This document shows positions 1 to 9,067 of a DNA stretch of 64,000 nt, piece by piece (positions within the stretch are counted from its first letter, which is position 1; each line of letters begins with the position of its first letter). Position numbers and translations under genes: made by a program. The notes beneath the pieces were generated by a model. It saw nothing but the letters and a program-made list of their open reading frames with translations. It made no database searches and had not been told where the DNA came from. Source of the stretch: Candidatus Omnitrophota bacterium (GTDB taxonomy: Bacteria > Omnitrophota > Gorgyraeia > Zapsychrales > JBDRMG01). The DNA lies in contig JBDRMG010000047.1 of NCBI GenBank assembly GCA_043812495.1, positions 43,771-107,770 on the forward strand. Direction: 5' to 3'.

Positions 1-2
1 AT

Positions 3-122
3 TTTCTACAGAAAGAAGAGCTCATGGCAGAGTTTATTCGCTCTTCTAAGCTTGAGGCACAAGAGCGCGATAGGTTTACGGCCATTATCCAAGAGCGTTA
101 TCGGCGATTGAATTTTTTATAA
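3..122 (+). CDS. 3' end of a gene entering from outside the window, resembling a HipA-family C-terminus
   Basis: Open frame FLQKEELMAEFIRSSKLEAQERDRFTAIIQERYRRLNFL*. The S-x-L...I-x-x-R-x-x-R-L tail resembles HipA-like kinases; partial sequence only. Confidence 0.4.
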   Translation, partial: FLQKEELMAEFIRSSKLEAQERDRFTAIIQERYRRLNFL

Positions 123-179
123 AAAAATATGGATTCCTGCAAGAGCATGAAAGAAATCGCCGAGTCGATTATTTTGATA

Positions 180-505
180 GATGAACTGCAGAAAAAATAA
201 ATGTCCGCCATGCCTTGCCTTGCAAGGCATGGCGAGACCTCGCCATCCGGCACAACACGGATGGCGGGGATGAACTGCAGAAGAAGTAAATGACGTCACG
301 ACTTATGGAGCCCATTGGGCGACATAAGTCGTAGACGGAATTTACCCCGCACCTTTTTCTTATTCAAGATTGTTTAGCTCGTACGAATTAAAATGATTGA
401 ATGAATAAAAGGTGCGGGGTTTAATTCGCAGACGGCCTTCGGCCTATAATTTATGTCATCCGCCACAAAAAACAATGGCGGAATCCATAAATTATCTGCT
501 CATTA
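180..505. repeat. Composite palindromic repeat cluster (CCGCCA/TGGCGG hairpins, then C(-)/A/C(+) composite)
   Basis: Family C hairpins at 288-343 (minus) and 422-505 (plus) flank an ACCCCGCACCTTTT...AAAAGGTGCGGGGT inverted repeat. A near-direct repeat GATGAACTGCAGAARAARTAAATG occurs at about 180 and 270. Confidence 0.85.
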
Positions 506-515
506 AAAAAAGCGC

Positions 516-544
516 TTGACAAAATTGTTAATTGGTTCTATATT
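516..544 (+). promoter_or_regulatory. Sigma70-type promoter of the amtB operon
   Basis: TTGACA(516-521)-N17-TATATT(539-544). Confidence 0.75.
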
Positions 545-557
545 TAAAGTGAAGTTA

Positions 558-605
558 AGGACAGCGAAGTCCTCTTAGACCGATGAAGGTTTAAGAGGAT
601 TTTTT
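558..605 (+). promoter_or_regulatory. ANTAR-type dual hexaloop attenuator 1
   Basis: AGGAC-AGCGAA-GTCCT then TTAGACC-GATGAA-GGTTTAA; alternative terminator GTCCTCTTAGACC...GGTTTAAGAGGAT followed by a T tract. Confidence 0.75.
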
Positions 606-740
606 AATGAGCGCATGAGCTGCGGAATAAAATGACGCAACTCAAAGCGCGAATTAACCCTTGACATCAAAGATGTCAAGGGTAAGTTCGCACGTATCAT
701 TTGCAGAACACAAAGTGTGATGTAAATGATGTCCGCACTT
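605..740. repeat. Composite repeat C(-) / hairpin / C(+)
   Basis: Family C at 605-656 and 684-740 flank ACCCTTGACATC-AAA-GATGTCAAGGGT. Confidence 0.8.
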
Positions 741-788
741 AGGACACAGACGTCCGACGAGATCAGCGATGATCAAGTCGGACTTTTT
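741..788 (+). promoter_or_regulatory. ANTAR-type dual hexaloop attenuator 2
   Basis: GGAC-ACAGAC-GTCC and GATC-AGCGAT-GATC (A1/G4 loops); terminator GTCCGAC...GTCGGAC-TTTTT overlaps the 3' arm of P1. Confidence 0.8.
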
Positions 789-966
789 AATGACGGCGCA
801 ATTTATGAAACGCCTGCCTTGCCGGCAGGCAGGAAGTGAACATAAATTGCTGCCGGAATTTACCCCGCACCTTTAAATCATTCAAAGATGAATAAAAAAG
901 GTGCGGGGTAAATTCGGACAAATCATTTACATCGTACTTCGTGCTCTGTAAATGATGTCCTCATTT
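788..966. repeat. Composite repeat C(-) / A / C(+)
   Basis: Family C 788-861 (with CCTGCCTTGCCGGCAGGCAGG in its loop), TACCCCGCACCTTT...AAAGGTGCGGGGTA, family C 910-966. Confidence 0.85.
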
Positions 967-1125
967 AGAGCGATGAGGCTCTCTTTATTGACTTTCTCTT
1001 TATTAAAGGAACGGTGGAAGTCAATATTAGGTCTTCTTTCTCGTATAGAGAGAATATTATTGACTGTTCCATTAATAAGGAAAAGACCAATAAAGCCAGC
1101 GATGGTTTTCAGGAGGGCCTTTTTT
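967..1125 (+). promoter_or_regulatory. Split ANTAR-type attenuator 3 with a long hairpin between P1 and P2
   Basis: AGAGC-GATGAG-GCTCT (967-982), about 110-nt imperfect hairpin, AAGCC-AGCGAT-GGTTT, then GGAGGGCC pairing with GGCTCTCT and a T tract. Confidence 0.55.
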
Positions 1126-1262
1126 AATGACCCCGCCGCATTATTGCATTCTGCAAGAATGCAAAAGGCGGGGGAATTAACCTCGAGCCCGAAGGCGAGC
1201 CCGAAGGGCGAGGGGGATTGGTTCTCAAAACAGCCCAAAAAACGATAAAAAAAGGATAGAAA

Positions 1263-2063
1263 ATGAGGCATTTTATTTTGAATTCCATGATGGCAAGTCT
1301 GATTGCTTTCTTAAATTTAAATGGTGCTTACGCCGAAGAATCAAAAACCATCCTTGGTGATTTTCTGAAAGATAAGGGAATCGAGCTTGAGGTTTCGGGA
1401 ACAATGGATCTGTATTCCAAATATATCTGGCGCGGCATGCGCTTGGATGATGATTATGTCATTCAGCCGGGCCTTGCCATCAGCGGATACGGTTTCGAAG
1501 TCAGCGTTTGGTCCAGTTTTGATCTCGACCAGGATGATGCCCTCAATTCCGATGAAGTGGATACAAGCATTACCTATACGCATGATTTTAAAGATCTTGC
1601 TCTTTTCGGGCATAATTTGGACACCATAAGCGTAACCGTCGGACATATTTATTATGATTTTCCCGGCGCCGGTACTTTCAGCAAGGAAACGGTTTTGGGG
1701 CTTGCGTATGATACGCTTCTTTCGCCTTCTGTGACGTGGTATCACGATTACAGCCAGGAAGCCCAAGGCGGCGGTAAAGGGGATTATGTGGTTCTGGATT
1801 TAAGCCACAGCTTTGATGTCATAAAAGAATACGGCATCACGTTTGATTTGGCCACGCACGCGGGATACAACCGTAAGCTTTTTATCAACGGAGAAGGCGG
1901 GGATTGGGGGATTTCCGCCGGATTGACATTGCCCTTGACAAAAAACCTAACACTATCCCCTAACGTCAATTACAGCGTGCCTTTAGGTGATGTCGAAGAT
2001 GAGAATGACGGAAATTACGAGGATGAATTTTATTGGAGTGTTGCAACCGCTTATACCTTTTAA
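1263..2063 (+). CDS. Putative outer-membrane beta-barrel (TorF/TIGR02001-like porin)
   Basis: Signal peptide, S-K-Y-I-W-R-G motif, alternating beta-strand pattern, C-terminal YTF; located upstream of amtB-glnK. Confidence 0.7.
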   Translation: MRHFILNSMMASLIAFLNLNGAYAEESKTILGDFLKDKGIELEVSGTMDLYSKYIWRGMRLDDDYVIQPGLAISGYGFEVSVWSSFDLDQDDALNSDEVDTSITYTHDFKDLALFGHNLDTISVTVGHIYYDFPGAGTFSKETVLGLAYDTLLSPSVTWYHDYSQEAQGGGKGDYVVLDLSHSFDVIKEYGITFDLATHAGYNRKLFINGEGGDWGISAGLTLPLTKNLTLSPNVNYSVPLGDVEDENDGNYEDEFYWSVATAYTF

Positions 2064-2082
2064 TGAGAGAAGGGAGAAAGAA

Positions 2083-3426
2083 ATGTTACGAACATTATTC
2101 AATCGATCAATAAAAATAACGACACTGTTATTTGCTGCACTTTCTTGCTTGCCTATGACAGCGTATGCTGAAGAGATCGCCTTAGCCAGCCAGGTGGGCG
2201 TGGATACGCTTTGGGTTCTCATGGCTGCTTTTTTGGTGTTTTTTATGCAGGCCGGTTTTGGTATGGTGGAGGCGGGTTTTATCCGCGCCAAAAACACATG
2301 CAATATTTTGACCAAAAACTTTCTGGATTTTTGCATGGCTTCACTCGGGTTTTTTGTCTTTGGATATGCCATTATGTTCGGACCGGGTAACGGGTTTATG
2401 GGATTCAAAGGATGGTTTCTTCACGGGGCCGAATCAGGGGCCAGCGTTCCATTATATGCTTTCTGGCTGTTCCAGGCTGTTTTTTGCGGGACGGCCGCAA
2501 CCATCGTCGCCGGCGGTATGGCTGAGCGGATGAAGTTTCAGGCCTACTTGATTTATTCTTTTCTCATTTCGGCTTTTATTTACCCAATCGTGGGTCATTG
2601 GGTATGGGGCGGAGGATGGCTCTCTAAACTGGGTTTCGCGGATTTTGCCGGCTCAACGGTCGTGCATGCTGTCGGCGGTTTTGCGGCTTTAATCGGAACA
2701 GTGATCTTAAAACCGCGAACGGGAAAATTTAATGCCGATGGATCACCGAATGTCATTGCCGGCCATAATATCCCGCTTGCTTCTTTAGGTGTTTTTATTT
2801 TGTGGTTCGGATGGTTTGGTTTTAATCCCGGATCGACTCTAGGGGTGGGAGACGGAAGCCTGATTGCCCGAGTAGCGATCAATACGAATCTGGCCGCCGC
2901 TTCCGGAGGTATTTTTGCCATGATCACGGTCTGGAAAATGTTTGGCAAACCAGACCTTTCCATGGCCATGAACGGGGCTTTAGCTGGTTTGGTAGCGATC
3001 ACAGCGCCATGCGCCTTTGTTGATCCTTCGGCTGCTATATTCATCGGTGCTGTGGCAGGCGTTATCGTTGTCCTGGGCGTTGTTTTCTTGGATAAGCTTC
3101 ACATTGACGATCCCGTGGGTGCTGTGCCTGTGCATGGATTTAACGGTGTTTGGGGGACGCTCTCCGTTGGTTTATTCGGAAAAGAGAGCTTGGGTCTTGC
3201 CTCAAACGGTCTTTTTTTTGGCGGAGGCCTGAAGCAATTGGGTATCCAGGCTCTGGGCGTTGGCTGCGCAGCCCTTTTTATCGTTATCTGTATGGGGGCT
3301 GTCTTTAAGATCCTTGATGCCACCATAGGTTTGCGCGTGTCCAAAGAAGAGGAATATAAAGGCTTAGATATCGGAGAACGCGGCATGGAATCATATTCCG
3401 GATTCCAGGTGTTTACGACTCAATAA
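2083..3426 (+). CDS. amtB: Ammonium transporter
   Basis: FFMQAGF..EAG, DFAGSTVVH, WFGWFGFNPGS, DDPVGAVPVHG motifs; start moved to ATG 2083 downstream of a GGGAG RBS. Confidence 0.97.
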   Translation: MLRTLFNRSIKITTLLFAALSCLPMTAYAEEIALASQVGVDTLWVLMAAFLVFFMQAGFGMVEAGFIRAKNTCNILTKNFLDFCMASLGFFVFGYAIMFGPGNGFMGFKGWFLHGAESGASVPLYAFWLFQAVFCGTAATIVAGGMAERMKFQAYLIYSFLISAFIYPIVGHWVWGGGWLSKLGFADFAGSTVVHAVGGFAALIGTVILKPRTGKFNADGSPNVIAGHNIPLASLGVFILWFGWFGFNPGSTLGVGDGSLIARVAINTNLAAASGGIFAMITVWKMFGKPDLSMAMNGALAGLVAITAPCAFVDPSAAIFIGAVAGVIVVLGVVFLDKLHIDDPVGAVPVHGFNGVWGTLSVGLFGKESLGLASNGLFFGGGLKQLGIQALGVGCAALFIVICMGAVFKILDATIGLRVSKEEEYKGLDIGERGMESYSGFQVFTTQ

Positions 3427-3544
3427 GTGAAGCCCCCCTCTGCCCCGCATTTTGCGGGGCAAGAAGCGGGGTGGCTGAATCTAACTCGTGCGGTAACTTA
3501 CGTCACTTTGTTCCGTAAGTTACGCGCTCGTAAGATGGAGGTGC

Positions 3545-3889
3545 ATGATGAAATTAATTATTGCCATGATCCAACCGCATAAACTGCCCGACGTCAAGGA
3601 AGCCCTCTATAAAGCGGAAGTTTTTAAAATGACCGTCACCAATGTGCTCGGGTGCGGGCAACAGAAAGGTTATAGCGAGACATACCGCGGCGTCGCGCAG
3701 GAAATCAACTTGTTGAAAAAAGTCAGACTTGAAATCGCCGTCAACGAGAACTTCGTCAAACCGACCATTGACGCCATCATCAAAGGCGCCAAGACGGGGA
3801 AAATCGGAGACGGAAAAATATTCGTTCTGGATTTGCCCCGCTGCATCCGCATCCGGACAGGGGAAGAGGGATCGGAAGCGATTGGGTGA
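3545..3889 (+). CDS. glnK: P-II nitrogen regulatory protein
   Basis: [27 protein letters not shown] motifs; adjacent to amtB. Confidence 0.95.
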   Translation: MMKLIIAMIQPHKLPDVKEALYKAEVFKMTVTNVLGCGQQKGYSETYRGVAQEINLLKKVRLEIAVNENFVKPTIDAIIKGAKTGKIGDGKIFVLDLPRCIRIRTGEEGSEAIG

Positions 3890-3977
3890 GTCAACAAGCG
3901 GGATCCTCGCAGGCTTAAAGTTGTTTGAGTTTTAATTGAAAATGTGTTAAAACAATAATGCTTTGAACCAGGAGGTC

Positions 3978-4156
3978 TTAGGATGCCCAAACTTACGGAT
4001 GGAGCGCTAGCGAAAGAACGTAAGTTTGAGGCCGAACTTAGACCCCGCACCTTTTTTCTCATTCAGATAGTTTTGAATCGCGCGACTCAAAAATATTGAA
4101 TAAGAAAAAGGTGCGGGGTTCAATTCGCCCGCCACTGAATCAATGGCGGGCTCATT
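3978..4156. repeat. Composite repeat C(-) / A / short C(+) with B hairpin
   Basis: CAAACTTACG...CGTAAGTTTG stem, ACCCCGCACCTTTTT...AAAAAGGTGCGGGGT, AAT-TC-GCCCGCCACTGAATCAATGGCGGGC-TC-ATT. Confidence 0.85.
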
Positions 4157-4170
4157 GAAGGAGGAGCAAA

Positions 4171-6276
4171 ATGAAAGTTGAGAAAAGCGAAAATAGAAAC
4201 GAATCTATTCCTGATTTTTACGGGGAAAATGTCTTTAGCTTAAAAGTCATGCGCAACTATCTTTCCGAAACAGCGTACAAATCTCTAAGCACAACCATTA
4301 AAACCGGCGGAACCCTTGATCCCGACATTGCCGATGAGGTGGCAGATGCGATGAAAACATGGGCTTTATCCAAGGGGGCTACGCATTTTACGCATTGGTT
4401 TCAGCCGCTCACGGGAACGACGGCAGAGAAACACGATTCCTTTATTTCGCCGGATGAAGAAGGCGGCGTGATCCTGAAGTTTTCCGGCAAAGAACTGATT
4501 CAGGGCGAACCTGATGCCTCTAGTTTCCCGTCGGGCGGCCTAAGGCCGACCTTTGAAGCCCGCGGATATACCGGTTGGGATCCGACAAGCCCGGCATTTA
4601 TCAAGGAAGGCCCGAAAAGAGCCACGCTTTGTATTCCGACGTATTTTATCGGATGGAACGGCGAAGCCCTGGATAAAAAGACACCGTTATTGCGTTCCAT
4701 GAAGGCTCTTTCCAAACAGGTGTGCCGTCTGGGTGAACTCTTTGGCGTCAAATCCAAAGGCAAAATAGCCTACGCGACACTGGGCGGCGAGCAGGAATAT
4801 TTCCTGATCGACAGAAAATATTACAATCAGCGCATTGACCTGATTCAGACAGGCAGGACATTGTATGGCAAAGAACCGGCCAAGCATCAGCAGATGGCTG
4901 ATCATTATTTTGGAGCGATCAAAAGCAGAATCATGGGCTTTATGGAAGACTTAGACTATGAAATGTGGAAGTTGGGTGTGCCCACAAAAACACGCCATAA
5001 TGAGGTGGCTCCGGCCCAGTTTGAAGTGGCTCCTATTTTTGAGAGCTTGAACCTCGCTGTTGACCACAACATGATCTGCATGGAAACAATGAAAAAGGTC
5101 GCCGAAAAGCACGGCCTAGTCTGCCTTTTGCACGAAAAACCGTTTGCCGGCATTAACGGCTCGGGTAAGCACAACAACTGGTCCATCGTCGGTCCGGACG
5201 GAAAAAATTGGCTATCACCCGGCGATAATCCGCACGAAGACGCCAAATTTCTTGTGGTGCTTTGCGCGATTATTAAAGCGGTTGACACGTATGCCGAATT
5301 GCTGCGCGTTTCGATTGCCTCAGCCGGAAATGACCACCGCTTAGGTTCCCACGAAGCGCCGCCGGCGATTATTTCCATTTTCTTAGGCGATCAGTTGACG
5401 GATATTATCGAGCAGATTGAAAAAGGCGAAGCCAAAAGCTCTAAACAAGGCGGTGTGCTTGAAATCGGCGTGGATTCGCTGCCGAAACTGCCGCGTGATG
5501 CCACGGACCGCAACAGAACATCTCCTTTTGCCTTTACGGGATCAAAGTTCGAATTCCGCGCCGTTGGCTCCGACATGAGCTTGGCTGGCCCCAATATCAT
5601 TCTCAATATGATTGTGGCCGAATCCTTGGATGGAATTTGCACAGAACTCGAAGCCGCTGTTAAGGCCAAAAAGGATTTTAATGCGTCCGTTTCGAAAATC
5701 CTTAAAGGCATCATTGCAAAACACAAGAGAGTTATTTTTAATGGGGACAACTACACGGAAGAATGGCTCAAAGAGGCGAAGAAAAGAGGCCTTCCTAACC
5801 TCAAAAATACTCTCGAGGCCTTGGAGGTGCTCAAGAAACCCGAGTACATTCGAGTTTTTGAAAAACACTGCGTTCTCTCTAAAAAAGAACTCATGTCTCG
5901 TTATGGAGTCTACAAAGAGGCTTTTGAGATTACGATTGATTATGAAGCCAAGCTGGCCGCGGATATGGCCAAGACCCTGATCATTCCTGTCGTCGTCAGT
6001 TATCAGAATGAACTGGCCAATACCATCAGATCCGTTGAGGGCATCAATAAGACAAGCTTAAAAGAATCTCGCAAGCTTTTGAAGAGCATCTCCAAAGAAG
6101 CAGAGACAGCCTTAAGCTACATCGAGGACCTTGAAGGAGCGATCAAGAAGAAAGAGCCTCTGAAGACCAAAGAAGCGATGAAAGAACTGCGCGAGACCAT
6201 CGACGCGCTCGAAGGCCTGATTCCGGCCGACAAATGGCCATTGCCGTCATATGCCGAAATGCTCTTTATGCTTTAG
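4171..6276 (+). CDS. glnA: Glutamine synthetase type III
   Basis: HFTHWFQPLTG, EPDASSFPSGG, HEKPFAGINGSGKHNNWS, DRNRTSPFAFTG; 701 aa. Confidence 0.97.
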   Translation: MKVEKSENRNESIPDFYGENVFSLKVMRNYLSETAYKSLSTTIKTGGTLDPDIADEVADAMKTWALSKGATHFTHWFQPLTGTTAEKHDSFISPDEEGGVILKFSGKELIQGEPDASSFPSGGLRPTFEARGYTGWDPTSPAFIKEGPKRATLCIPTYFIGWNGEALDKKTPLLRSMKALSKQVCRLGELFGVKSKGKIAYATLGGEQEYFLIDRKYYNQRIDLIQTGRTLYGKEPAKHQQMADHYFGAIKSRIMGFMEDLDYEMWKLGVPTKTRHNEVAPAQFEVAPIFESLNLAVDHNMICMETMKKVAEKHGLVCLLHEKPFAGINGSGKHNNWSIVGPDGKNWLSPGDNPHEDAKFLVVLCAIIKAVDTYAELLRVSIASAGNDHRLGSHEAPPAIISIFLGDQLTDIIEQIEKGEAKSSKQGGVLEIGVDSLPKLPRDATDRNRTSPFAFTGSKFEFRAVGSDMSLAGPNIILNMIVAESLDGICTELEAAVKAKKDFNASVSKILKGIIAKHKRVIFNGDNYTEEWLKEAKKRGLPNLKNTLEALEVLKKPEYIRVFEKHCVLSKKELMSRYGVYKEAFEITIDYEAKLAADMAKTLIIPVVVSYQNELANTIRSVEGINKTSLKESRKLLKSISKEAETALSYIEDLEGAIKKKEPLKTKEAMKELRETIDALEGLIPADKWPLPSYAEMLFML

Positions 6277-6389
6277 AGACAATGATTCTTTTCCTAAAAC
6301 ACATTACAGCATCAAGGCTTACGCATAAATTTTTTTGTTTTTGAATGCACAATAATTAGGCAAAAACCTTATTCATAAAGGAGCTTTCC

Positions 6390-8081
6390 ATGCTCAGAAT
6401 CGGCTTAGCGCAAATCAATGTCACCGTCGGCGATCTTGAGGGTAATCGCAACAAGATTATCGAATATATCAAGCGGGCCAAGCAATTCAATATCAACATC
6501 GTTGTGTTTCCTGAATTGGCCTTAACGGGTTATCCGCCGGAAGATCTTCTCCTGAAGGACCATTTTATCAAAGATAATTTCAAAGCGCTGAACCGCATCA
6601 TCCAGGAGACAGAAAACACGTTGGCCATTATTGGGTTTGTTGACAGAGACAAAGCCGGGCGCCTGTACAATGCCGCAGCCGTCATTTATCACAAAAAACT
6701 CAAAGGCGTATACCGCAAGATGGAACTTCCTAATTATGGCGTTTTTGACGAAAAAAGATATTTTACGCCCGGCACAGAAAATAAAGTTTTTGCTTTTGGA
6801 GATCATAAACTGGGCATAAGCATTTGCGAAGATATTTGGCACCCCCAGGGCCCTTGCCGACAACAGGTCAAGGCCGGAGCTAATTTATTAATCAATTTGT
6901 CCTCGTCTCCGTATCAAGCGGGAAAAGCAAAAATGCGAGGAAAATTTTTATCTCAGCAAGCCAAAAAGAACAAAGCTTCTGTGGCCTATGTGAATCTCAT
7001 CGGAGGGCAAGACGAGCTGGTCTTTGACGGCGCGAGCCTGATCATTGATCCTAAAGGAAAAATCGTCGCATCCGGAAAATCTTTCGAAGAAGATCTCGTG
7101 ACCGCCGATCTCGCGCTCCCGGTTAAATCAAGGGCTTCAGAAAAAGATCAGCTCAAAATGATATTGATCGAGAAAGATCTGAAGATAAAAGGAAAATTAT
7201 TGATCAAAGGCAAGAGAGCCAAACCGCTAAGCCCAACCGAAGAAATCTACAAGGCCCTTGTCCTGGGTACGCGCGATTATGTCCTCAAAAATGGATTTAA
7301 AAAAGTCGTCTTAGGCTTAAGCGGCGGAATTGATTCTTCGCTCGTGGCAACAATTGCCTGCGATGCCTTGGGTGCGCAAAACGTGATCGGCGTAACCATG
7401 CCATCGCGCTTTACGTCGAGTGAAACGCGCTATGACGCCCTGCGCCTGGCGGATAATCTCAGGATACAAGATCGTGAAGTCCCGATCGACTCCATTTACG
7501 AAGCGTATTTGAAAACGCTCAAAGAGGAATTTCTCGGGCTTGACCCCGATACAACCGAAGAGAACATCCAGGCGCGTATCCGTGGCAATATCCTCATGGC
7601 TTTTTCCAACAAATTCGGCTGGCTTGTGTTGACCACAGGCAACAAAAGCGAAGTGGCCGTCGGTTACTGTACGCTTTACGGCGATATGGCCGGCGGATTT
7701 GCCGTCATTAAAGATATTCCCAAAACGCTTGTTTATCGCCTCGCTCGCTACCGCAATAGTCTTGAAAAGAAAGAATTGATTGCGCCCAGTATCCTCAAGC
7801 GTCCTCCTACGGCGGAATTGCGTAAGAATCAAAAAGATCAGGATTCTCTGCCGCCCTATGATGTCTTAGATAAAATCTTAGAGGCTTATGTCGAAAAAGA
7901 CAAAAGCCTGTCCAAGATCAAAGGGGCGAAAACGAACGAAAAACTTATTTGCAAAGTTACGCGTATGGTTGACCGGATGGAATATAAGCGGCGTCAGTCA
8001 CCGCCGGGTGTGAAAATTACGCCCAGGGCATTCGGCAAAGACAGGCGGCTTCCGATCACCAACAGATATAAGGAATATTGA
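6390..8081 (+). CDS. nadE: Glutamine-dependent NAD+ synthetase
   Basis: Nitrilase domain (FPEL, ICEDIW) plus SGGIDS, ENIQARIRG, TGNKSE. Confidence 0.96.
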   Translation: MLRIGLAQINVTVGDLEGNRNKIIEYIKRAKQFNINIVVFPELALTGYPPEDLLLKDHFIKDNFKALNRIIQETENTLAIIGFVDRDKAGRLYNAAAVIYHKKLKGVYRKMELPNYGVFDEKRYFTPGTENKVFAFGDHKLGISICEDIWHPQGPCRQQVKAGANLLINLSSSPYQAGKAKMRGKFLSQQAKKNKASVAYVNLIGGQDELVFDGASLIIDPKGKIVASGKSFEEDLVTADLALPVKSRASEKDQLKMILIEKDLKIKGKLLIKGKRAKPLSPTEEIYKALVLGTRDYVLKNGFKKVVLGLSGGIDSSLVATIACDALGAQNVIGVTMPSRFTSSETRYDALRLADNLRIQDREVPIDSIYEAYLKTLKEEFLGLDPDTTEENIQARIRGNILMAFSNKFGWLVLTTGNKSEVAVGYCTLYGDMAGGFAVIKDIPKTLVYRLARYRNSLEKKELIAPSILKRPPTAELRKNQKDQDSLPPYDVLDKILEAYVEKDKSLSKIKGAKTNEKLICKVTRMVDRMEYKRRQSPPGVKITPRAFGKDRRLPITNRYKEY

Positions 8082-8094
8082 TAAAAGGCAACTT

Positions 8095-8120
8095 ACCAAT
8101 TACAAACCCGCATTGTAATT
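8095..8120 (+). repeat. Left palindromic direct repeat flanking the RAYT gene
   Basis: ACCAATTACAAACCCGCATTGTAATT, identical to 8805-8830. Confidence 0.9.
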
Positions 8121-8142
8121 ATGGTTATTGAAAGAATAGATT

Positions 8143-8805
8143 ATGCCTTATAGAAAAATACCGTTGGTTAAGCAAAACATATATCACATATGCACCAAAA
8201 GTATTGCCGGTTATATAATCTTTAACTCAGATAAGGAGTATGTAAGAATGTTATCGACCTTAAGCTATTATCAATATGAGGAGATTGACTGTAGATTTTC
8301 TCATTTTCTTTTATCCGAAGAAAGGTCGAAAAAAAGTTTAACTTCTATCCAACCTGCGAAAAAGACTATCAAGATCATAGCCTACTGCCTTATGCCGACG
8401 CATATTCATTTAATTCTCGAGCAGTTAATAGATCAGGGTATTTCGCGATATATGAATTTAGTGCTTAAAAGTTATAGTAAATATTTCAACGCAAAACATA
8501 AACGAAAAGGACCTCTATGGGAAGGAAGGTTCAAGAGTATCCTTATAAAAAGTGATGAGCAATTATTACATTTAACAAGATATATCCACCTTAATCCTGT
8601 GAGTGCGGCTTTAGTCAATTTACCTCAAGATTGGAAATTTTCTTCTTATGGCGAATATATAAATTTAGTTAAAGAAAATACAAAAATTTGCGCTTTCAAT
8701 GATTACTTAGAAATAAGCACTATGCAGTACGAAAAATTTGTCAAGGACCAAATCGGTTATCAAAGAGAGCTGCAACAGATAAAACACTTAGCATTGGAAG
8801 GTTAA
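8143..8805 (+). mobile_element. REP-associated tyrosine transposase (RAYT, Y1 HUH)
   Basis: YH near the N-terminus, YCLMPTHIHL (HUH), LWEGRFKS, YIHLNPV (catalytic Tyr), WKFSSY; AT-rich; flanked by hairpin repeats. Confidence 0.9.
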
Positions 8806-8834
8806 CCAATTACAAACCCGCATTGTAATTGGTT
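8804..8834 (+). repeat. Right palindromic repeat flanking the RAYT gene
   Basis: AACCAATTACAA-ACCCGCA-TTGTAATTGGTT, a perfect 12-bp stem. Confidence 0.9.
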
Positions 8835-8848
8835 TAAGGAATCGCGCG

Positions 8849-9067
8849 ATGATGGTGAGCGAAATCAAAGAATATTTTCTGACGCGAGAAAAAGGCAAGG
8901 TTTTTCGGTCGGCCATCAATGACACCGAGAGAATTCTTATTGAAGAGGCCCTCAAGCGCTCTCGGGGTAATCAAGTGGACGCGGCCAGAATTTTAGGCGT
9001 CAACCGAAACACGATCAGGACAAAAATTAGAAAATTACAAATAGGCACAACTTCTTATAAGCTATGA
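8849..9067 (+). CDS. Stand-alone Fis/NtrC-type HTH protein
   Basis: ER.LI.EAL....GNQ..AARILG.NRNT.R.K signature; ATGA overlap with gltB. Confidence 0.85.
   Translation: MMVSEIKEYFLTREKGKVFRSAINDTERILIEEALKRSRGNQVDAARILGVNRNTIRTKIRKLQIGTTSYKL

Noticed and set aside
180-1260. CRISPR array or glutamine (glnA) riboswitches in the repeat-rich leader
   Set aside because: There are no constant-length identical repeats with unique spacers and no cas genes. The units fit paired hexaloops plus terminator better than the three-way junction of the glutamine riboswitch.
927-1271. ORFs 927..1271(-), 952..1248(+) and 117..299(-)
   Set aside because: They run through attenuators and palindromic repeats and show no recognisable protein features.
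1987-2082. Extended N-termini called for amtB, gdhA (20638), carA (41275) and HEPN (49897)
   Set aside because: They overlap upstream genes or repeats; downstream ATGs give family-typical starts.
8143-8805. Classical IS200/IS605 TnpA
   Set aside because: Length (220 aa), the LWEGRF/YIHLNPV motifs and absence of tnpB fit RAYT-type proteins better.
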